A stretch of DNA of 64,000 nt. Source: Phaeosaccion multiseriatum. Taxonomy: Eukaryota; Protista; Ochrophyta, other classes. This document shows, piece after piece, positions 1-9,267 of this stretch (position 1 is the first letter of the stretch; each line of letters starts with the position of its first letter). The DNA lies in assembly GCA_965112735.1 (NCBI GenBank), contig OZ218957.1:1612001-1676000 (forward strand), in the 5' to 3' direction. A program made the translations under genes and the position numbers. Under the pieces are notes generated by a model that did not search any database, was not told where the DNA came from, and saw only the letters and a list, made by a program, of their open reading frames with translations.

Positions 1-644
1 CTCGTTGGAGGTGATCTCTTGGCCTGCGAGCGTGTGGGCATAGGCCTCTACGATCTGTTGCCATCCAAGGGGGTAATCTCCTCCCCCATGTGGTCTTCCG
101 GGGGTGGTGGGGGGGCCTCCGCTCCTTAGAGCTTGTCTGAGGAGGGGCATATAGAAGTGCGAGTTGGTAGGCGGGAGCGCCGCGTCGCGCTGGTGGCGTA
201 TGGTGTTGCTCCATGTCGTTGGTGCGTGTCCATGCGTGTCTGTTTCGAGTGATGCTGTCTCTTCCTCGTGCGTCGTGGGGGGTGGTCGTACGAGGTCGGC
301 GATGGCCTCGGCCGTGTTGTGGTGGGTCAGTTCCGTCGCGGTGAGGTTTAGGCTTGCGAACTCAGCGCTGATGCGTCGGCTGGCGGATGCTGGCGCTTGT
401 TCGTTGAAGAAGAGGTTCGGGTGTTGCCGTATGGGGGTCGTGGCTGTGAGGTGGGTGTCTTCGTATTCGTCTTGGAGGATGGAGACGATTTGCTCTGTGA
501 TCCCGTGTGCGTTTCTGTGAGTTGACGCGTTGGTGGTTTGGGCTGGATCTGAGGCTCGGAAAGTGGCGGTTGGCCTTTCCGGGCTGCGTGCTCGGGGGGT
601 CCTGCTTCGTCCCCTTGGCCTCGTGGTTGGCTGCATGGGTGCTG
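1..644 (-). mobile_element. 5' part of a 5'-truncated copy (copy 0) of the CRE-like non-LTR retrotransposon; its 3' part lies left of the window
   Basis: 1-644 matches ~14580-15223 of the full-length copy. The match stops at ...catgggtgctg and host zinc-finger repeat sequence (agaagaagcag...) follows. Confidence 0.92.
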
Positions 645-722
645 AGAAGAAGCAGGTCCAAGGAGGATTGTGCACTAGGCACGGAGCTGTGAGAAAGACG
701 TGTACTGTGGAGGGGTGTGAGA

Positions 723-2635
723 TGTATATTAGAGCTTATGGGCTCAGTATTGGAGCGCTCGAGGTAAGTTGTAACCATGTGTAGATGCGTGTATGTGTGG
801 TATTGATGGAGCGTGAGGTGGAGGGGAAGAGGATGGTAAGGGTGGTAGAGTAGAGGATAATGGGGAATGGGAAGGGAGTGAAGGGGGGAGGAGGAGATGA
901 AGGGGTGTGGGAAGGAGTGAGGTGGTGGAGGTGATATGTGAACTAGCCTACTGTGGGTGGTGCGGGTGACAAGGCGTGACTAACTGTGGTTGCTATGCTG
1001 TGTGCTGATGGTCTCGCTGTCTGCTGGCTGGTGTACTCCTGCTCCTCAGGCGGCCGCTCCGTCGATGGCTCCCATGAGCCCCCAGTCGAGGGTTTCTGCT
1101 GCTTCGTGCTGCGTCATGGTGGCTCGAAGGAGGGTGCCATACCTGATCTCCCGCTGTGAGAGGGCGCGTTGAAGGGCGAGGGACAGTTGTTGGCGCAGGA
1201 GGCCCTTGATGGGGCCCGTGGCTGCCGCCGCTGCGGGGCCGAGCCCTCTTGATGCCTTGTGGATGGCCATCGCCTCGATGAGCTCGTCCGTTTGGTGGCC
1301 CAGTCTGCCGTACGTCTCGATTGCAATGCACTTCAGGGTTGAAGTCCCGGGCAGAAAACTGCCCAGGTAAACTGCCCAGGTAGTGGGTGCGCTTGCGTTC
1401 TTCGGCGGCGGCTGCTGCGTGGCCTGGCGTGGTGGAGGCCCGTCCCACGTGAGTGGGGGCGGTGGGGTTGGTGACGGTGATGTCGCAGAGGAGGTTTCTC
1501 CGCAGGGGTGCGTCCGCTCCCGGGAAGCTACCTGCGGGATAGGTCAGGTCCATGCGTAGGTCTCGGCCTGCTCGGGTGCCCGTGGGGCCGTCGAAGCAGG
1601 TCTGGTCCTCTACACGTGCTCCTCCAATGCCCACGCTGTGCATCATCCTCCCGAAGGCCTTGACGAGGAGGTGGTGTGTGTGGTTGTGGAGGCCGGTGCG
1701 GGGGCAGATGGTGGCGTGGGTAGTGCTTGCCGTGCGGGCGCAGCCTGTGCCAAGGCAGGGTGGGGGCGGGTCCGCGTATGGCGTGTTGACACCGAGGTTG
1801 CGACGAAGGGCCATGGTCCATTCTGCGGGGGCCATGGTGTTGTGGCCGTGGGGGAGCGCTCCGAGGAAGGCCATGGCGCCCCTTCCTCGCTGTGAGTGGA
1901 GTCGGGCTGTTGCCATTTCCTGTGTCTCCTCTCCCCTCTGTGCCTCTGCCGGTGTGACGTCGATGGTGGCGATGCTCTGCGTCAGCTCCTCATGGCGGCG
2001 TTTGTGGATGAAGGTGGTGAGGGCCTTCTGGACGCCGTGGGTCGGTTGACGGCCTGCCTGATGGCTCCTGCGCACGTTGCGTCGCGCTGTGTCCTGGGCT
2101 TGGTGGTCAGGCGGCTCGAGTACGCGTGAGCGGGCCTCGTCGAACTGTGCCTGACCCACTGCTTGGATGAGGGGGGCCTCAGGGACCCCCTCCTCGTGCA
2201 GGAGGTTGACGCTGTCGGCGACGCTCTTGAGGGCTCCGTTGGTGAACAGCTGGTCCGGTAGGGCGCTCTCTTGGGAGCCTTCCCGGCGTGCGGTGCGGCT
2301 GAGCAGGGGGGGGAGGGTGAGCATCTTGTTGCCAAGGTATGCTGCTGGGGCGATGTCGTGGAGGCTGGTGAGGCCGAGGCCGCCGAAGCGCCGTGCCGTA
2401 TGCATTTGTAGGCGCTGTGTCTCCGTCCATGGCTCCTCTTGTGCATCTGCGGCCTGCTCCAGAGGGGGGGCATCGGGGAGTCGCATGATGTGGGCCATTG
2501 TCGCTCTGTTGGTGCGGTCTGCCCTGCTGCCGAGGGCGCGTCGGAAGATGGAGGGGTCAATGGCTCTCGCCAGGTGTGTGAGCCTGGCTGGGAGGCATTG
2601 GAGGAGGACGTGGGTGGCCGCCTGGGTGTTGTCCC
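723..2635 (-). mobile_element. CRE-like non-LTR retrotransposon copy A, 5'-truncated (3' UTR, endonuclease, post-RT region), frameshifted
   Basis: Near-identical to copy B from 5513 onward. It starts right after GAGGGGTGTGAGA (710-722). A 13-bp duplication AAACTGCCCAGGT (1356-1368 and 1369-1381) shifts the frame. Confidence 0.95.
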
Positions 2636-2780
2636 GCAAAGCTTGTGCCCACAAAGAGGAGGGTGAAACGCCAGAGCCGTTGATCCCCCTCGGGGCGTGC
2701 CTAGGAAACCGACATTCTTATTATACCCCAGAATGTATGACCGGAAACCCTTAGGCAGGACAATCTACCACACTACCCCC
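2636..2780 (-). repeat. Polypurine tract (2773-2780) and start of the 3' LTR (TGTGGTAG.. from 2772)
   Basis: Minus strand reads GGGGGTAG|TGTGGTAGATTG about 40 nt after the pol stop. TATA-like TATAATAA at 2718-2725. No second LTR in the window to confirm. Confidence 0.6.
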
Positions 2781-2816
2781 AAGCGACAGTTCGAGTCGAC
2801 TCGGAAGCAAATGTGT

Positions 2817-5160
2817 CTATCCGGTGTTTGTCCTCTTGCGCGTGCGCGCAGGTCGCGCCGGAGCGCGGGCCGAAGAAGTGCGGCGATCGGCGCGCTGCTT
2901 CTGGGCTGCCTGTCGTGTCGCAAGGGTGCGGAGATAGGCTCGGACTGCGCTGACTAATTGCTTGTCCTGATGTTTCTGCAGGTAGGTCTCCAGTAAACGT
3001 GGAGTGTCCTCATGCAGTGTCTCGATGGGCTCCTCGCTATTCTCGAGGGCTTCAAAGCCACGCCACTTAACAATGACATGCCATGAACCATCTGCGTGCT
3101 TAACGAGGCCTTCAAAAGCCTCCACCACAAAGTCTTGGGTGTTGTATGAAATCTGCTGTAGTACGTCGGTGGTGACGTTCACGTGAGCACCGCAATAGTA
3201 TCGGAGGCGGCTGACATGTACCTCAGAAGTACGCTTCTTGCCTACCAGCTCTTCCACCTTGTATACGTGCTGCTCAAGGGCTTCAAGTACTCGGCAGGGT
3301 CCATGCCACTTGCCTAGTATCTTGCTTGTGGGCCCTACTGTTGCCACGAGCACATAGACTCCGACCTGAAACAGCGTCTCGCTGTTGAGCTGCTTAGCTC
3401 TGGCCAAGTCCTGACGATGCTCTGCACCACGTCTGCCGCTCATCAGCCTCTGGTTGATGCCATCTCGCTTGTGATCGCGGAGGGTGGTCAAATGACGCTC
3501 CGCTTCGGCGCGCTGCCCCTCCTTCCTCTGATGGAGTTGTGTTGCAAGGGTGTCTCTCTGCGCCGGGGTCAGCTGCAGTAGCCGAACCTTTTGCAGTCGA
3601 TCCGCATCGTGGATCAGAATCGTGTCGAGAGGCCGCTGTGGTATGTGACCGCTGTGCAGCTGGATGGGAGACATGCTAGACCGACTGCTCTTGTTGGAGC
3701 TGTTCTCAACAGCCTCCATCACTGGCAGTAGTTGCGGCCATGTCTCGGGCGGCTGTCGTAGCTCAGACATCATTGATCTCATGATCTTCTGCAATGTCTG
3801 TACACCACGCTCGCCCAATCCTCGACTATATGGGTTGTGTGCTACCACAAAGTGGTGGTTGCACCGCAAGAGCTGACTTAGCTCACGTATCACTTCATTT
3901 AAGAAATGACTGCCTCGGTCACTCTGCCATCTGGGCACTACGCCATGCTGTGCGAACCAGCGCAATAGACCGCGTGCACACACTCGTGCAGTAGCTTCCA
4001 AGCATGGCTCATACATTGACAATGACGAGAAGTCATCAAAGATGCACAGCACTTGCTTCACATGAAGCTTCATGAACCCTTCTGGGGACTCTGCCCATAT
4101 AACTCCATCGCCAATCTTGACGAAGTCAAACCAGATGAGCTGCTGGGGTCCAGTAGCGTGCCATTGAGCTAGCAGGGGGCGAGGCACTCTCTCGCCCTTG
4201 CCGTTGGTGAGGCAGTGGAGACAGTTCTGAACGAGGCTTCGCACGTCCTTGTCTAGCGAGTGCCAAATGAACTTCTCCTTAATAGCACTCAAGGTATTTG
4301 TCTCTCCCTGATGGCCCATCATACCCTGATGGCCAGTCACACACAGTCTCAGGTGCATGTCCTCCGCCTTGGCTCCCACCGAGGGAATCCAAATGCGGGT
4401 GCTGTCAGCGGGGTTGCTCGTCGGATGGCACGCTCGAATCAACCCGTCGTCGCCAACTGATGAAAGGAGCAGGCGGCGCCCGTTCTCTCCCACCTCCTTG
4501 CTAGCCTGCTGGAGCTCCTGAAGAGCGTCTGCCTGCAGACTGGCAATCTCAGTCTTGGAGGGCCAAGTGAAGTCGTCACACATAGTGTCAAACACTTGCA
4601 TGGGCCCAAACTTGCCCAAAGCGAGCACACTAGGGGTGAGGCTCACCGGTTGCGTGTACCGCCTGCTAATGGGGTCGGCCCAATCATGGAGATGACCAGG
4701 GAAGTGGACAATGACGTAGTCAAAGCTCTGAAGGCGCACGGCCTGACGCTGCAGCCTGTCCCTCATAGGCTTAGTCATGCCCGGGTACCTGCTGTCGTTG
4801 CTCATCATGAACGCCAGGTTGCGATGGTCGCAAAAGATGTGCACTTTCTGTGCCCCGACCAAGGCGTACTCGTTCTGGATCAAGCCTCGGAGTGTCGCGT
4901 CTCCTTCCTTGTCTATGGTGGCACGCCTCAGCTCTGCGCCTTCAAAAGCGCCTGAGCCGAAGGCCACCGGGATGTGGTTCATCTCATGTACCGGAAGGCA
5001 CAGCTCTTTGGGGTCGATGTATGTAATCATACATCCCCAGTAGAGGTCGCTAGCATCTGGGAATACCAGTGCCAGTTTGGTTGGGTCTGGGTGCGACAGC
5101 ACCGTGTTCTGTGCAAGGACGCGCTTAATCTGGAAGAAAGCGTCGTCGTGCTCTGTGGTC
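2817..5160 (-). CDS. pol: Partial gypsy Pol: RT connection, RNase H, integrase (HHCC, DDE, GPY/F-like), chromodomain
   Basis: Motifs DAFFQIK..LSHPD, FPDASDLYWG, DKE, FCDHRNL, ADPISR; GHQGMMGH..CLHC; WFDF, SDRGSHF, GLGER; WHGPCRV; VEAF..HVIVKWRGFEALENSEEP. Confidence 0.9.
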
Positions 5161-5162
5161 CC

Positions 5163-5486
5163 AGCCCACCCCCAGCAGCAGCAACCACAACCGATCTCAA
5201 CGACACGGCAACAACCAGCACCCGCCGCCAGGAGATCTACCACGCCCGCCAGCGAGACAACAGGCCCTACAACAGCACCACCCCCCACCGCGACCAGCCC
5301 AGCACCCATGCAGCCAACCACGAGGCCAAGGGGACGAAGCAGGACCCCCCGAGCACGCAGCCCGGAAAGGCCAACCGCCACTTTCCGAGCCTCAGATCCA
5401 GCCCAAACCACCAACGCGTCAACTCACAGAAACGCACACGGGATCACAGAGCAAATCGTCTCCATCCTCCAAGACGACACGAAGAC
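5163..5486 (+). mobile_element. Inverted fragment of the non-LTR element's 5' coding region
   Basis: Reverse complement of ~15036-15360 with a few substitutions (AHPQQQQPQPISTTRQQ...IVSILQD). Confidence 0.92.
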
Positions 5487-5512
5487 GTGGGAGACACATC
5501 GGGGGTGTGAGA

Positions 5513-8500
5513 TGTATATTAGAGCTTATGGGCTCAGTATTGGAGCGCTCGAGGTAAGTTGTAACCATGTGTAGATGCGTGTATGTGTGGTATTGATGGA
5601 GCGTGATGTGGAGGGGAAGAGGATGGTAAGGGTGGTAGAGTAGAGGATAATGGGGAATGGGAAGGGAGTGAGGGGGGGAGGAGGAGATGAAGGGGTGTGG
5701 GAAGGAGTGAGGTGGTGGAGGTGATATGTGAACTATCCTACTGTGGGTGGTGCGGGTGACAAGGCGTGACTAACTGTGGTTGCTATGCTGTGTGCTGATG
5801 GTCTCGCTGTCTGCTGGCTGGTGTACTCCTGCTCCTCAGGCGGCCGCTCCGTCGATGGCTCCCATGAGCCCCCAGTCGAGGGTTTCTGCTGCTTCGTGCT
5901 GCGTCATCGTGGCTCGAAGGAGGGTGCCATACCTGATCTCCCGCTGTGAGAGGGCGCGTTGAAGGGCGAGGGACAGTTGTTGGCGCAGGAGGCCCTTGAT
6001 GGGGCCCGTGGCTGCCGCCGCTGCGGGGCCGAGCCCTCTTGATGCCTTGTGGATGGCCATCGCCTCGATGAGCTCGTCCGTTTGGTGGCCCAGTCTGCCG
6101 TACGTCTCGATTGCAATGCACTTCAGGGTTGAAGTCCCGGGCAGAAAACTGCCCAGGTAGTGAATGCGCTTGCGCTCTTCGGCGGCGGCTGCTGCGTGGC
6201 CTGGCGTGGTGGAGGCCCGTCCCACGTGGGTGGGGGCGGTGGGGTTGGTGACGGTGATGTCGCAGAGGAGGTTTCTCCGCAGGGGTGCGTCCGCTCCCGG
6301 GAAGCTACCTGCGGGATAGGTCAGATCCATGCGTAGGTCTCGGCCTGCTCGGGTGCCCGTGGGGCCGTCGAAGCAGGTCTGGTCCTCTACACGTGCTCCT
6401 CCAATGCCCACGCTGTGCATCATCCTCCCGAAGGCCTTGACGAGGAGGTGGTGTGTGTGGTTGTGGAGGCCGGTGCGGGGGCAGATGGTGGCGTGGGTGG
6501 TGCTTGCCGTGCGGGCGCAGCCTGTGCCGAGGCAGGGTGGGGGCGGGTCCGCGTATGGCGTGTTGACACCGAGGTTGCGACGAAGGGCCATGGTCCATTC
6601 TGCGGGGGCCATGGTGTTGTGGCCGTGGGGGAGCGCTCCGAGGAAGGCCATGGCGCCCCTTCCTCGCTGTGAGTGGAGTCGGGCTGTTGCCATTTCCTGT
6701 GTCTCCTCTCCCCTCTGTGCCTCTGCCGGTGTGACGTCGATGGTGGCGATGCTCTGCGTCAGCTCCTCATGGCGGCGTTTGTGGATGAAGGTGGTGAGGG
6801 CCTTCTGGACGCCGTGGGTCGGTTGACGGCCTGCCTGATGGCTCCTGCGCACGTTGCGTCGCGCTGTGTCTTGGGCTTGGTGGTCAGGCGGCTCGAGTAC
6901 GCGTGAGCGGGCCTCGTTAAACTGTGCCTGACCCACTGCTTGGATGAGGGGGGCCTCAGGGACCCCCTCCTCGTGCAGGAGGTTGACGCTGTCGGCGACG
7001 CTCTTGAGGGCTCCGTTGGTGAACAGCTGGTCCGGTAGGGCGCTCTCTTGGGAGCCGTCCCGGCGTGCGGTGCGGCTGAGCAGGGGGGGGAGGGTGAGCA
7101 TCTTGTTGCCAAGGTATGCTGCTGGGGCGATGTCGTGGAGGCTGGTGAGGCCGAGGCCGCCGAAGCGCCGTGCCGTATGCATTTGTAGGCGCTGTGTCTC
7201 CGTCCATGGCTCCTCTTGTGCATCTGCGGCCTGCTCCAGAGGGGGGGCATCGGGGAGGCGCATGATGTGGGCCAGTGTCGCCCTGTTGGTGCGGTCTGCC
7301 CTGCTGCCGAGGGCGCGTCGGAAGATGGAGGGGTCAATGGCTCTCGCCAGGTGTGTGAGCCTGGCTGGGAGGCATTGGAGGAGGACGAGGGTGGCCGCCT
7401 GGGTGTTGTCCCACTCGCTGCAGTGTTTGGCGAGTTGGAGGTAGCCCCTGGGGTCTTCTTGGCCGAGGATGTTGCGGAGGTACTCTTCGATGTACTCCTC
7501 CGTGCCGACGGGGATGCCGGCTACCACGGTACCCTCGGTGGCAAGTGTGGCGCCCTGCCGTTGGGCGTGGTCCCTGTCAGCCTGTGTTGGCTGCTTGCCT
7601 TTGCCCATGAGGTAAACCGTTTTCCTCTCGTTGAACTCGAGGCCCAAGCCTCGGAATTGGGCTTGGAGATGGGCATGGCGTGGGGCGTAGGTCTGTAGGG
7701 GTGCGTCGGGTTCCAGCTGGTCCATGAGGTCGTCTGCGTAGGCGGAGATGGTGGGGCGGTTCGCTGCGGTGTCGGCTGTGTTCTGAACTTTCAGCACTGG
7801 GTGGATGGCGGCTGCGAACATGAGAGGCCCTTCTGGTGCTCCTTGGTTGACTCCGGAGCTCTGGTGGATGGTCTGGGTGCCGTCTGGTGTGAGGGCGTTG
7901 TGGGCGGAGGCGTGGGAGAGGCTGGCGATGGCGTAGTTGATGCCTGCTGGGTCGATGGTAGGGAGTGCGCCTGAGGCAAGGACGCCTCTGGCACGCGACA
8001 CGCGGGTGTAGGCCTTGGTGATGTCATGCAGCACGACGGTTTTGCCGGCATCGTGCGCTAGCTGGGCTGCTGCGGCGTGTGTTTCCCCTCCGCCTCTGAC
8101 CGCTACCGCTAGCTGTCCTGCGCTTCTGAGCTCTAGGCCCACCCTGTCCGCGATGAGCTTCATGTGACAGCTCTCCACGAGGCTGCGGTAGAGGTTGGGG
8201 GATGTCACAGGACGCGCTTTCTCGCCGAGGGCTGCGGCGCTGGTGCTGAACCACCGTTTGGCGAGCTGTGGAGGCAGTGGAGTGTCCCCCGTTCGGAGCA
8301 GCTCGTAGGTGTCAGTCAGAGCCTCCACGATTGCGTACTCCTGGGGGCTGTCCGGGGGGTACTTGACGTGGCTCGCCCTGCGCCCGTCTGCTCCTTGGCC
8401 CTTCCAGTAGTTGACCCTCCGGTAGGTCAGCAGCATGGCTGTGCTGATCTCCTCTCTGGTGACGTCGTTGCCATTCTCGGGGTGCTCCTGCACCTGGGTT

Positions 8501-8843
8501 CTGGCGTACTCCCTGGCTGCTGTTGCTGCTGTGTTGATCTCTTCGAGGCTCTCGTCGACGTGCGCTTGCTGGAGGCGTCGAAAGGTCTCGTGTGTGGGAG
8601 GGAGGTGGCCGTCTCTGCTCTTTGTGCTGAGCCTCGCCGCGGCCTTGTGCAGGCCTCCGGGTTTGGTGAGCAGGTGGGCGCAGGTTTCTCTCCGTCGCTC
8701 CTCTGTCTGTGCCTGTGCTGGGGGTGGTGGGCGGCGTGCGTGTGCTGTGGCTATCGCTGCTTGTGCGAGTGGGGCGATGTCGAGGTCGAGGACCATCTGT
8801 ATCCGCTGCTGGCGGCTGTAGGCTCCGTCTTTAGAGAAGAGCA
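5513..8843 (-). mobile_element. CRE-like non-LTR retrotransposon copy B, 5'-truncated, with intact RT and endonuclease frame (5836-8843)
   Basis: Flanked by GGGGTGTGAGA (5502-5512) and AGGGGTGTGAGA (8844-8855). Uninterrupted ~1000-aa frame. Confidence 0.95.
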
Positions 8844-9267
8844 AGGGGTGTGAGAAGCATCAGATCCAAGGAGGACTGTGCACTAGGCATGGAGCTGTGG
8901 TCAAGAGGTGTACTGTGGAGGGGTGTGAGATGAGGGGTGTGAGATGTATATTAGAGCTTATGGGCTCAGTATTGGAGCGCTCGAGGTAAGTTGTAACCAT
9001 GTGTAGATGCGTGTATGTGTGGTATTGATGGAGCGTGATGTGGAGGGGAAGAGGATGGTAAGGGTGGTAGAGTAGAGGATAATGGGGAATGGGAAGGGAG
9101 TGAGGGGGGGAGGAGGAGATGAAGGGGTGTGGGAAGGAGTGAGGTGGTGGAGGTGATATGTGAACTATCCTACTGGGGGTGGTGCGGGTGACAAGGCGTG
9201 ACTAACTGTGGTTGCTATGCTGTGTGCTGATGGTCTCGCTGTCTGCTGGCTGGTGTACTCCTGCTCC

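Larger units (their letters stand above)
2636..5162 (-). mobile_element. 3' portion of a Ty3/gypsy chromodomain-bearing LTR retrotransposon (no gag, protease, RT core or 5' LTR)
   Basis: Open pol frame with RNase H, integrase and chromodomain in gypsy order, followed by a PPT-like GGGGGTAG and a TG start. Confidence 0.92.

Noticed and set aside
5161-5414. N-terminal ~85 aa of the 865-aa ORF as real gypsy Pol
   Set aside because: It is the antisense reading of the inverted non-LTR fragment, open by chance.
723-9267. Three ~320-bp direct repeats (723, 5513, 8945) as LTRs of the gypsy element
   Set aside because: They are the 3' UTR of the non-LTR element and continue directly into its endonuclease ORF.
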